64,000 bases of DNA from an uncultured Verrucomicrobiae bacterium (GTDB lineage: Bacteria > Verrucomicrobiota > Verrucomicrobiia > Limisphaerales > JAFGQR01), in contig CAWBHS010000089.1 of assembly GCA_963788655.1 (NCBI GenBank), positions 1 through 64,000 on the forward strand, written 5' to 3'. Made by a program: the position numbers and the translations under genes. Numbering within the stretch: the first letter of the stretch is position 1; each line of letters begins with the position of its first letter. The notes below the pieces were generated by a model. The model made no database searches and was not told the DNA's origin. It saw only the letters and a program-made list of their open reading frames with translations. Shown here piece after piece: positions 1 through 9,800 of the stretch.

Positions 1-6
1 ACCGAT

Positions 7-570
7 TTGGCCCCGCTGAGCGTGGAGGAAGTCAGCCGAGAGCCTGCCGGACGCCGACTCCTGGACCGGGCTCTTCGAGAGTTTCATTATCTGGGCCACG
101 GGGGCACCGTGGGCGAAAATCTGCAATACTGCCTCAAAGACCGAGCCGATCGGCCGCTGGCCTGGGCGGTGTTCGGCGCGCCGGCTTGGAAGTGCCAGGA
201 CCGGGACCGGTTCATCGGCTGGAGGGTCGAACAAAGCGAACGCCATCTGGCGCTCATCGCCAATAACACGCGCCTGCTCATCGTGCCCTGGCTCCAGGCG
301 CCGGGATTGGGCAGTTGGTTCTTAAGTCGGATCAGCCGACGGATCCAAGCCGATTGGCAGCGCAAGTATGGACATTCGGTGGCACTCCTGGAGACCTTCG
401 TCCAAGCGAGCCGTTTCCGCGGCACGGTCTACCAAGCCGCCAATTGGCGCCGGGTGGGTTGGACCAAGGGGCGCACCCGCCAAGACCGCGAACGCACGAT
501 CCAGGCGCCGGTTAAAGCGGTTTACGTGTATCCGCTGCAAGCCCATTTCCGGGAGGTCCTCTGCGCATGA
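7..570 (+). CDS. DUF4338 / DruA-like domain protein (5' part outside window)
   Basis: Motifs FHYLG..GENLQY, RDRFIGW, NNTRLLI, LLETFV..RFRGTVYQAANW..G.TKGR; stop overlaps the tnpC start (ATGA). Confidence 0.85.
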   Translation: MAPLSVEEVSREPAGRRLLDRALREFHYLGHGGTVGENLQYCLKDRADRPLAWAVFGAPAWKCQDRDRFIGWRVEQSERHLALIANNTRLLIVPWLQAPGLGSWFLSRISRRIQADWQRKYGHSVALLETFVQASRFRGTVYQAANWRRVGWTKGRTRQDRERTIQAPVKAVYVYPLQAHFREVLCA

Positions 571-2099
571 AAGAGCAGGAGGCCCTGCGTCGTCAACGGC
601 AGCGGACCGAGCAGGCCCTGGCCGCCGCGCAGCAGGCCCTGCAGCAACGCGACGAGCAGTTGCGGCAGACCCGCCAGGAACTGGAGGCGCACCAGCGGAA
701 GCTGGCGGAGGCCCAGGCGATCATCGCCGATCTGAAGCAACAGCTCTTTGGTTCGAAAGCCGAGAAACTCAAACGCCGAGCAGGAAGCGCAACTGCACAA
801 GCTGGCCAACGACCTCCAAGCGCAGGCCCAGGGTCCGGAGCCGCTGAGCCAGGAGGTGGTGGAGGCGGAGCAGAAGCAGGAGCGGGACGAACAGCGGCAG
901 CGCAAAAAGAACCGCCGGAAGCGCCGCCATCTGCCGCCGGTCCAACTGGAAAAGCGAACCGAGGTTTTGGAGCCCCAGGACAAGTTCTGCCCCACCACCG
1001 GCCAACCCCGACCGCGCATCGGCCAGGAGGTCACCACCGAATATGAATTCGAGCCGGCCAAGTTGATCATCAAAGAAACCGTCCGGCCCAAATACGGCGA
1101 GTGCGGGAAGGACTGCTGCTCGGGCGTGACCGTGGCGCCCCTGCCGCCGCGCTTGCTGCCGCAAAGCAAGCTCGGGCTGGGCCTGGCGGTGTTTCTGTTG
1201 CTCAGTCGCTTTGACGACCACATCGCCTACTACACGTTGGAACGGAATTTTCGGGAGCGATTGGGCGTGGTGATCTCGCGCCAGCAAATGGTGCAGTGGG
1301 TCGAAAAGATCGCGCATTTGCTCCTGGCGATTTACTGGGCGATCTGGGAGGAACTCAAGTCGGGGAACTACCTGCAAGTCGACGAGACGCCCGTCAAAGT
1401 GCTCGATCCGGAAGTGCGCGGCAAAGCGGCCACCGGCTATCTTTGGTTTTACTCAGCGCCGCAGGGGGACGTGCGCTTGGAGTTCTGCGGCGGCCGGGGG
1501 CGGGATGGACCCGCCGCCCGGCTCGAGGGATTTGAGGGCACCATCCAAAGCGACGGCTACACCGTCTACGAGTCGCTGCGGCGAGGGAGTGGCGGGCGCC
1601 TGAAACGCATCGGTTGCCTGGGACATGCGCGGCGCCGTTTCTACAAAGCGCTCCAGGAATCACTCCAAGACGGGCTCTGGTTTATCCTGAAGATTCGGGA
1701 GCTCTATCGCATTGAAGACTCCCTGCGAGAGGCCTCGTTTGAGGAACGGCGCCGCGTCCGCTTGGCTCGCACGCCGGCCATCTGGCGAGAGATGAAGCAC
1801 CGCGCCGAACAGTTGCGCAAAGATCCACGGGTATTGCCGGCCAGCACGCTGGGCAAGGCGGCCCGTTACTTCCTCAAGGAGTATACCGCGATGGTCGGAT
1901 ATCTGCGCGACGGGCGGTTCGAAATGGATAACAATCTCGTCGAAAACGACGTGAGGCCTTCGGCGCTCGGCCGCCGCCGGTGGCTATTCATTGGGCATCC
2001 GGACGCCGGTTGGCGCAGTGCGGTCATTTACACCATCATCCAGAGCTGCCGGCGGCGAGACATCAATCCCCAGGAGTACCTGACCGACGGGCTGCGGCG
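567..2099 (+). pseudogene. tnpC: IS66 transposase TnpC, interrupted at 2099 by the inner IS; apparent +1 indel near 770
   Basis: Coiled-coil N-terminus ending LFGSKAEK, then zinc finger, LQVDETP, SDGY, CLGHARRRF, DNNLVENDVR. Confidence 0.9.
1899..2099 (+). repeat. 201-bp direct repeat, copy 1 (copy 2 at 5602-5802)
   Basis: ATATCTGCGCGACGGG...GGGCTGCGGCG present twice with offset 3703; one mismatch seen (GCGCTCGG vs GCGGTCGG). Confidence 0.95.
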
Positions 2100-2202
2100 T
2101 GTTGCTTCGGCAAGCATGCGGGGGCCGTAAAAACCTCCCGGCGAGCCCTCAGCGCGGCATCCGGCCGCCGGGCGGCCCTATCGCGATCTCACGCAGGCTG
2201 CC

Positions 2203-3798
2203 TCAGCCGGTATCGGGGGGAGACAGCGCCTGCTCGTAATTCCAGGGGAGCCACCGGGTCGGATGCTCCAGCGCTTCTTTGGCGTGGCGTTGGAGGGCGT
2301 TGAGATAATCCAGTGGATTGGCGGCGCATAGTCGGCAGGTGTGGATCAAGCTCATGAACCTATCGCCCAATCGGGCGCCGTTCTGAGTCTTGTAGCCCAT
2401 CGAGTTTTTCCGGTGGAGAATGGCCATTTTGAGCGCGCGTTCGCAGATATTGTTATCCAGGGGCGCCCCGGCTTGGCGCAGGAATAGGGTCAAAGGCTCC
2501 CAGTGTCTGAGCATGTAGCCGAACGCCTGACCCAGTCCGGAGTTAGGTTCCACCAATTTCTGCTCCAACCGTTGGCGCATCCACTGATGGAGTTCGTCCA
2601 TGATTTTCTGACTGTGCTCCTGGTGGAACCGAAGCCGGGCCTCGGGCGAGAGCCCGGCTTTCTTGGCCTGCGCCTCGTGTTGGTAAACCTCGCCCAGACG
2701 TTCCAACACGTGCTGGCATTCCTGCGGGAAGTTTTGGGCGAGGTCGACAAACTGCCGTCGGCCATGGCTCAAACAGTGGGCGAGGAGGCTCTGGAACTCC
2801 TTGGAGGGGTTGCGCGAGAGCGCGTCGCACATCTGGATGGGGGGTGAGGAGTGGGCGGCGCGGCGAGCGAGCAACTGGTCCAGGTTTTCGCCGGCGTGAC
2901 GATGTCCGGTCACAAACAGCGCGATCGTGTGGTCCGCGACCTGGGAGATGAGGCCGGTGGTGAAGATCCCGGTGCGCTCTGGCCTCTCAGCGGCCGGGTC
3001 AGCATCCCGGGTCAGGCTTTGCACCCGCAGGGTGGTGTCGTCGTTGTGGATCACCTTGCCTTGAGCGGCCAGCGTGATCAAAGCCTCATGCACCGGTTCG
3101 AGCGCTTGGCCGGCTTGGGCCATGAGTTCCCATTGCGTCGAGGCCGGCAGACGCACGCCCAGGTCGGCCTGCATTCGGTCCAACCGGTAGTGGGGCACGC
3201 CCGTGCCAAAGCGCAAATACCCCAGCATGGAGCCGACCTGCGGATCATATTTGCTCAGCCCCGCTTCCTTGGGGGCCGGGGCGGTGAAGAGCTGGCCGCA
3301 GAGGCTGCAGCGTAGCTTCTCCAGTTCGAACCGGGTCGCGGCAAACAACGGTTGGGCGGTAATGCGCACCAGTTGTCCGAGCTGTTTGAGCGCGGAGAGT
3401 TTGCCTTTTTTGCAGCCGGGACAAGCATCGCCCGGGCGGAGTTGCGGAGGGGGCACCCGCACCCGTTTAGCTCCGGGGTAGCCTGCCGCGGCCGTGCGGC
3501 CGTGGCCGTGGCGCTTGGGCCGAGGTGCGGCTGCCGTTGCGGGGGGGTGGGAACTGGCAGGCGGCGGCGGAAAGAGTTGCTGGGTCTTTTCGGTTTCCGC
3601 ACCGAAGATCAGTCGCTGGAGCCGGCTCAGGCTGGTCTGCTTGGCCTCGATGACTCCCATGACCCAGTGGAGGGTGCGCAAGGACTTCGCGACCAACTGG
3701 TACATCTCCGCCGGCAACAGCCCCGCCAACTTGGCCAGCAACTCTTCCAGTTGCGTGGGGCTCAGCGTGATGATCTCCGGAGCACGGTTCTTAGCCAC
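2203..3798 (-). CDS. tnpC: IS66 transposase TnpC (intact)
   Basis: IFGAETEK, CPGC/CSLCG zinc finger, IHNDDT, CLSHGRRQF, LDNNICERALK, LPWNY. Confidence 0.92.
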   Translation of the reverse strand: MAKNRAPEIITLSPTQLEELLAKLAGLLPAEMYQLVAKSLRTLHWVMGVIEAKQTSLSRLQRLIFGAETEKTQQLFPPPPASSHPPATAAAPRPKRHGHGRTAAAGYPGAKRVRVPPPQLRPGDACPGCKKGKLSALKQLGQLVRITAQPLFAATRFELEKLRCSLCGQLFTAPAPKEAGLSKYDPQVGSMLGYLRFGTGVPHYRLDRMQADLGVRLPASTQWELMAQAGQALEPVHEALITLAAQGKVIHNDDTTLRVQSLTRDADPAAERPERTGIFTTGLISQVADHTIALFVTGHRHAGENLDQLLARRAAHSSPPIQMCDALSRNPSKEFQSLLAHCLSHGRRQFVDLAQNFPQECQHVLERLGEVYQHEAQAKKAGLSPEARLRFHQEHSQKIMDELHQWMRQRLEQKLVEPNSGLGQAFGYMLRHWEPLTLFLRQAGAPLDNNICERALKMAILHRKNSMGYKTQNGARLGDRFMSLIHTCRLCAANPLDYLNALQRHAKEALEHPTRWLPWNYEQALSPPDTG

Positions 3799-4678
3799 AG
3801 CCCGCTCCGCAAAGTTGGCGGCGAAAGTCCGGCCGCAGCGGATAAGCCCACAACTGCTTGAGCGAGCGATTGGGCCGCTTGGTCTGATCGTCTTTGCCCC
3901 GCCCGGTGGTCAACCCCAGATAGAGCCAGTGGGCGGCCCGATAGCAGGTGCCGGCGAAGCGTTCCGGGTCGATAAACGTCTCCAGCAAGTAAACCGGATG
4001 CTCATAGAGCGCTTGCCAGTCGGCGGCAATCCGCCCCGCCAGCCGGGCCAATACATGGCTGGCCAAGCAGGGCACCTTCACCCAGGGCAGGATGAGAAAG
4101 CGGGTATTGTAGGCCAACAGGTGAATCTGGGCTCGGCGTTGCGGGGCCGACCAACCGATGAAGCGGTCGCGCGCTCCCAGATGACGGGGAGCCGAAGACC
4201 AGGCCAAAGCAGCCACGGGTTGTCCCTGGGCGTAAATCAGGTATTTCAGATGCTCGCCGACCGGCCGGGTATAACCTAAGTAATGGTGGGCCTCCAGGAG
4301 GCTGCCGAAGAGTTTTTCGGCCGCCGTGCGTCGCACCTGGCGGATCTCCAACGCCCCCAACTGCGCCAAAGAACACGCCAACGGTGCGCTCACCCGCTCC
4401 GCTGGGCGCGTGGGGGCTCGGTGCTGCGTGGCATTGTTGGGTGGGCAAAACCGCTGCGCCGGCAGTCGAATGTGACCCGCTCGGTGCAACCCCAGCATCA
4501 GGCTCCGGGCGACCATGTCGCGCGGACGGCCGTTGGGCTGCCTCCAGTTCCAGGCCGCACAGAGCTCGGCCGAGAGCCGCCGCCGACTTAAACCGGGATG
4601 AGCGGCGATCAACTGCCGGATAAATTCAATTTCCTGGGCGCTAACCTTGCGGCCCCGGTAAACAAACTCGTTCTGCAC
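3791..4678 (-). CDS. DUF4338 / DruA-like protein with N-terminal winged-helix-like region
   Basis: HHYLGY..VGEHLKY, RDRFIGW, YNTRFLI, LLETFID..RFAGTCYRAAHW..G.TTGRG; stop overlaps the tnpC GTG. Confidence 0.88.
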   Translation of the reverse strand: MQNEFVYRGRKVSAQEIEFIRQLIAAHPGLSRRRLSAELCAAWNWRQPNGRPRDMVARSLMLGLHRAGHIRLPAQRFCPPNNATQHRAPTRPAERVSAPLACSLAQLGALEIRQVRRTAAEKLFGSLLEAHHYLGYTRPVGEHLKYLIYAQGQPVAALAWSSAPRHLGARDRFIGWSAPQRRAQIHLLAYNTRFLILPWVKVPCLASHVLARLAGRIAADWQALYEHPVYLLETFIDPERFAGTCYRAAHWLYLGLTTGRGKDDQTKRPNRSLKQLWAYPLRPDFRRQLCGAGCG

Positions 4679-4756
4679 GAGCGCCAGTTTAGGCGATCAA
4701 ACATGGAACGCAAGCCCAAGGGTGATGTTTTTTTCGCTCCAGCCCGGGGCGCTCAC

Positions 4757-5119
4757 TTAAGCTGCCGGGGCAATCGGCCGCCACCTCGGAGCGGCTTGGG
4801 CGTGGTTGGGGTGGCCGTTCCAGATCAGTAACTGGAGTTGATGCACCTCCAAACCCAAGGTGGGCTGCTGGCCCCCGCTGGGCCACCAGGCGAAGCGTCC
4901 CTGCGAAAGCCGTTTCTGGCAGAGCCAAAAACCTTGGCCGTCATACACGAGGATCTTCAGGGCGCGACGACGACGGTTGGAGAACACGAAGAGCGCGCCG
5001 GCCATCGGGTCCAGGTTAAGCCTCTGCCGGCAAACCTGCACCAGCCCGTCAATGCCTTTGCGAAAATCTACCGGCTCCACCGCCAGCAACAAGCGCATCT
5101 GCGGCGTGAGCTGAATCAT
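4757..5119 (-). CDS. tnpB: IS66 accessory protein TnpB (Orf2)
   Basis: PVDFRKGIDGL, LFVFSNRRR..LKILVYDGQGFWLCQKRL..GRF.WW. Confidence 0.95.
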   Translation of the reverse strand: MIQLTPQMRLLLAVEPVDFRKGIDGLVQVCRQRLNLDPMAGALFVFSNRRRRALKILVYDGQGFWLCQKRLSQGRFAWWPSGGQQPTLGLEVHQLQLLIWNGHPNHAQAAPRWRPIAPAA

Positions 5120-5535
5120 GCACGCTGCCTCCAGAGCCCTTGGGCCAAGGCCAGAGCGGCGGCGCTGTCAGTTTGCGCCAGCCGCAGGGTCAGTTTCGCA
5201 CCCTGGCGATCCTCCAGTTCCATGACCCACTGCGAGTTAGGGCAGGCCGTCATCGGCACCTCGACAAACTCCGCAGCGATCGCGTCAGAACGAGGAGCTT
5301 GCGCAGCCGCAGTGGCCACCAGCCGGTGCTTGAGGGCGGTGTAATTGACCCTCAGAACCTGGGCGACCCGGCTCAGTCCATAACGTCGCGCCAACCTCAC
5401 CATCGCTCGCCAGAGTGGTTCCGGGATTGGTTCCCGATGTTTACGCCTCTGGCGCCAAGCGGTCAGGGCTGGTTGAACCCGCTCAATCGCGGCGGCAAAT
5501 GTGGGATCCGATTTGGTGGTCGTCTTCGCTGTCAT
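5116..5535 (-). CDS. tnpA: IS66 Orf1 / TnpA-like helix-turn-helix protein
   Basis: IPEPLWRAMVRLA HTH-like segment and FVEV motif; ATGA overlap with tnpB. Confidence 0.75.
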   Translation of the reverse strand: MTAKTTTKSDPTFAAAIERVQPALTAWRQRRKHREPIPEPLWRAMVRLARRYGLSRVAQVLRVNYTALKHRLVATAAAQAPRSDAIAAEFVEVPMTACPNSQWVMELEDRQGAKLTLRLAQTDSAAALALAQGLWRQRA

Positions 5536-5601
5536 AATCTGGCGCGAAGACTACCGCGGCGGCCGAAACGCCGTCACACACACTTGCCGAAGCAACACGA
5601 T

Positions 5602-5884
5602 ATATCTGCGCGACGGGCGGTTCGAAATGGATAACAATCTCGTCGAAAACGACGTGAGGCCTTCGGCGGTCGGCCGCCGCCGGTGGCTATTCATTGGGCA
5701 TCCGGACGCCGGTTGGCGCAGTGCGGTCATTTACACCATCATCCAGAGCTGCCGGCGGCGAGACATCAATCCCCAGGAGTACCTGACCGACGGGCTGCGG
5801 CGCCTGCCCTCAATGAATGCGGCCGAGGTGAAGGAGTTAACGCCCAGCCGTTGGAAGCCCGTCCAGCCGGCAGCCACCCCATAG
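5602..5884 (+). pseudogene. tnpC: C-terminal part of outer TnpC (includes direct repeat copy 2, 5602-5802)
   Basis: YLRDGRFEMDNNLVEND...INPQEYL...ELTPSRWK; completes the interrupted gene. Confidence 0.9.
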
Positions 5885-6344
5885 CTTGGTGCTCGGCAGT
5901 TCATAGCCCCCGCTGCGCGATCCGTTCGCACCGGCCGGGCTGCCCCTTGGCCACCGTGCGCCGCCACCGCCTAGTGCCCCCCACGCACCTCCGTTAACGC
6001 TTACGATTGTTGGAAGCAGAGCATTGAAGCGGATGCTCGCATTGGGCCGGGATTGACTGAGAACCGTATGCCTGGCAGGAATCATTCGACATAGCCGGAT
6101 TGGTCGCAGCCATAGCCGAAAGCGAACCGGGCGTGCTGAGTTGAAACAGACTCGCGAAACCACGTTCTTGTGTTGACCGGGACAGCGCCACGAGGCGGGC
6201 AAGGCGTTTGGCTGTTCAGTGAGAGGTAGGCGAGCTTTGCTCCATTTCGAGGAGCATTCGTAGCCGAGAAGCTGTTCCGGCGTTTATTCTCTTGGCACGT
6301 CCCCCGCCTTGGTTGGCTCGTGCGGTTCTTCTCAAAGCCTGTTG

Positions 6345-6812
6345 TTAATCCATTTCAGACCAGCGAACAAATCGTAACCAACAGAAATACCCCAAGCATA
6401 TCACGGCTAACGTTGACGGCAGCGCTGATGCTCTCACTTTAAAACCAAAGTTGTCGCATTCTATTTCAGTCCCAACTTCAGGAATACTCAATTTTCTACC
6501 GAATGACAATTTAAACGATTGAATAGCAGGGAAATAAACTTCGGGCTTAAACAGAATTCTGTGCTGCTTAATAAAGAATAGAATCTTCTCATCATTGTCG
6601 AGAAAAATGTACCTGGCAATGCCGAACAAGCGACCTTTCTCAAAGCGCGAGGTAGCAACGGCCTGTCCATGTCTATTAACTGCAACCGCCTGCAGCTTAT
6701 TTTTTAGCCATATTTCCACGCCGTCCAAGAATTTAGTCTCGACAAGATATGCTCTATCAGGTGACGAGACTCTTGTTGCAGTAACCATGATTGTTGTGCT
6801 AGAAGTTGACAT
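6345..6812 (-). CDS. Putative RHS immunity protein
   Basis: AT-rich 155-aa ORF whose start overlaps the end of the toxin-tip ORF. Confidence 0.65.
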   Translation of the reverse strand: MSTSSTTIMVTATRVSSPDRAYLVETKFLDGVEIWLKNKLQAVAVNRHGQAVATSRFEKGRLFGIARYIFLDNDEKILFFIKQHRILFKPEVYFPAIQSFKLSFGRKLSIPEVGTEIECDNFGFKVRASALPSTLAVICLGYFCWLRFVRWSEMD

Positions 6813-9800
6813 CTGGCGCTCCGAACGTGTATTTGTATTGCCGTCTATTTTTCCAGATCAAACCATATTCGAACACGGCTCTCACGTAACCTCCTACGCC
6901 AAACTTATCCGTGCCCTGCCCAAAATCGTAAGAATAACTTGCATAAGCACCACCTTCGGCAAAAGCATTTACCACCAGTACATTTAGGCCGACTCTCAGC
7001 CCGATCCATCCTGTTCCTCCAATAGAGCCTGTCCACGTTTCTTTCTCAGTGGGCCAGCAGTACTCATAATCTGCTGTTCCTGTTATTGTTACCCCTCCAG
7101 CTATTGAAACTAACGTTGGGCCTTTTGCTGCAATTGCAAATGTTGGTCCGCCTTTTACTTTAACACAGCAACCGTCGGAACTAACTTTGAGCACCCCACC
7201 GTATCTAGTTCTAAAAATGCCAATGTTAATTCCAGGCCGCCTAGTATCATAGGTAAAACTCACTCGATGTTTAGCATGTTTTTTGAAATCTGTATAGAAA
7301 CTCTTTATAGGTACTAATACCATCATCAAAAACACCCTGTATCGGCTCTAAGTAACCCACGAAAGTGCTAACAAATGAATACCCACTGTTCCGTTCATTA
7401 TTGTTTGGAAGTATCGAGCTGGATCCTTCAACAGGAACACTTCCCAATATATCAATAAATAGAAGAGGATCGTTGGCTGTATGACGATACAAGTTGCTCC
7501 CACCAAATTCTCCGAGCAGATCCAAGCTGAGCCAACGCCCCATACCTGGTCGATATTCCCGGAAGAGGTACTTCAAGTCCCCAGTGACCTCATCCGCATA
7601 TTGAGCGCTGAAGCGCATCGGATTCTCTTCCGCCATCGGCCCCGTGGCCCGCAGTTCATTGCCGAACGGATCGTATTCGTAAAGCGCCGACACCTCCCCG
7701 TCATCCACATCCACCAACGCCATCACGTTCCCGTTGCCGTCGTGGCAATAGAAGTGCGTGCCGTTGGTCGCGGTCTTGATCGCCAGCAACCCGCCAACGC
7801 CACCCGCTCCTTGCAGCGTCCCGCTCAAGTCCAAGCCGCGGAGGAACCCGGCCACCAACCCGTTGGTGTGATCGAGAATCGGCCAACAACACTTGTCCGT
7901 CCCACACAAACCGGTTGGTCGCACGATGGCGCGTATGCGCTGCCGTTCCAAGTCGATACTACCCGTTCCATCCACCGGCCATCGGGCAGGTAAGTCCAAG
8001 TCTCGCGTTTCTTGCCTTCGGTTGGAACTCCATTGGCACTCTCGATTGCCACCAGCCGATTCTCCGCATTCCAGGTGTTGGTCCACAGGCTGTCGCCCGT
8101 CAGGTTGCCATCCGCGTCGTAGTACAGGTTCTCCACCGCCTGGGCCACGAGCGCGTTGCCCGTGTTCGTGGCGATCACGTCCACGTTGTTCGAACTGGTG
8201 CCCTGGAGCACGCCCAGCGTCTCGATGCTCGCCCACACCGGGCCGCTCGCGTTGTCCACCGGCACTTCCACCCGGAAGTAGTCCCCGTAGCGTTCGCTGG
8301 GACTCAGGTTGGCCGTCACCGTCGCGGTGTTGGTCGCCGTGCCCAGGATGTCCACGTAGCCCGGCACCGTGCGCTCGGTGTATTGGTTCAGGTTATTGGC
8401 CGAATACTCGGCCTCACGCCCGTTGCGCTCGGTCGTGGTCCGGTTGCCGATGTCGTCAAAGCCATACTCGAACTGCTGGCCCGCCACGGCCGTCCCGTCG
8501 CTCCAATACTTCTTGCCGGAGGTCACCTGTCCGAGATTATCGTAGGTGTAAATCCAGAAGCTGCCGTCGGCGTTGGTCACGCTGGTGCGCTGGTTGGCGG
8601 CGTTCAGGGCGTAGCTGAACGAACTCAGCGTGGCCGGTTGCGTGTCGAGGCTCTCAATCTTCGTCAACCGGTTCAGGTAATCATAGCTCTTCGTCGTGGT
8701 CATGACCCGCGTGCTGCCGTTTGTGAAGTAAACCTGCTCCACCAGCGGCGAGTTGGCAAGATAAGAATACCCGGCGCTGACCGTCCCGTCCGACACCACC
8801 CGCAGCCGGGAAGCCGCGTCGTAGCTGAAGGATTGGCTGAGGGTTGAGGGTTGCGCGTTGAGGGTCAAACCGCTGCGGCGGTGCCAGCCGTCGTAACTGT
8901 TGGTCACGCCCAGGCCGTCCAGCGGCCCGCCCGTGTAGGATTCGCTGAGCAGGTCCCCGACGTCGTTGTACACGCGGGTGATCGTCGTGTCCCCCTGCAC
9001 AATGCTCACCGGCCGGCCCTGGCGGTCGGGCACGTAGGTAATGGGCGAGGTGCTGTCCGAGTACGCCACGTTGGTCAGTGTGCCGCCGGTGTCATACGTG
9101 TAGGTGGTGGTCAAGTCATCGCGCGCCCAGGTGCGTGTGGCCAACCGCCCGCCCGCGGTGTAGGTGTAGCTGGGGCCCTGGCCATCGGCATATTCCTTGT
9201 GCTGCAAAAAGCCCCGGTAAGCGTCGTATTCCCAGGTGGTGGTGGCGGCCCCGCTGCTTCCGGCGTAATCTTTCCAGGTCGTCATGTTGGTCATCCGGCC
9301 CTGGTGGTCGTAGGCGTATTCGACCGGGAACTGGCGGCGGCCCCAGGTCCGTTGCAACAGGCCGTTGGGGTAGTAGAGGTTTTCAACCACCCCGCCGTCG
9401 GGCAGCACTTGTTTCCAGAGGCGGTTGACCCCGGCCACGTTGGTGTAGAGGAAGGAAGTGACCTGCGCGCTTTGGCCGGTGCCCGGCACCGGCGAGATGT
9501 TGGTGACCACCAGGCCGGCGTCGTTATAGAGCAGGGTGGTGTTGCCGTTACGGGCGTCGGCGATGGTGGTTTGGCGTCCCTGGGCGTCGTAGCCGTAGGT
9601 GGTGGCCCCAAGCTGGTTGTCGTCGGCATCGTACTGGGTCACCAACTGGACCAGTCCGTGCAGGTAGTAACTGATGGTGTAGGAGCCGTCAAAGGTGGTG
9701 TTGGTGACGTAGCGGTGGCCGTCACCGGCGTAGGCGGTCCAGGTCCGGTTGGTGCGACCAAAGCTGCTGGTCCAGGAATACAGGCCATTGGGGACTGTCT

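Larger units (their letters stand above)
2099..5598 (-). mobile_element. Complete inner IS66-family element: tnpA-tnpB-DUF4338-tnpC
   Basis: Perfect 16-bp terminal inverted repeats GTGTTGCTTCGGCAAG (2099-2114) and CTTGCCGAAGCAACAC (5583-5598) enclosing four co-oriented ORFs. Confidence 0.92.
1..6004 (+). mobile_element. Outer IS66-family element (left end outside window), interrupted by a second IS66
   Basis: DUF4338 plus IS66 TnpC ORFs; right end ...CCGTTAACGCTTAC ends at 6004 and its reverse complement starts GTAAGCG, the typical IS66 terminus. Confidence 0.85.

Noticed and set aside
760..785. Programmed frameshift in outer tnpC
   Set aside because: One extra A restores KLNAEQE; there is no clear slippery heptamer and the background indel rate is high
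7..4678. Complete Druantia defence system
   Set aside because: Only DUF4338 domains inside IS elements; no DruE helicase or other dru genes in the window
6005..6344. Integron attC site or orphan toxin cassette after the immunity gene
   Set aside because: No convincing paired R/L boxes and no credible ORF
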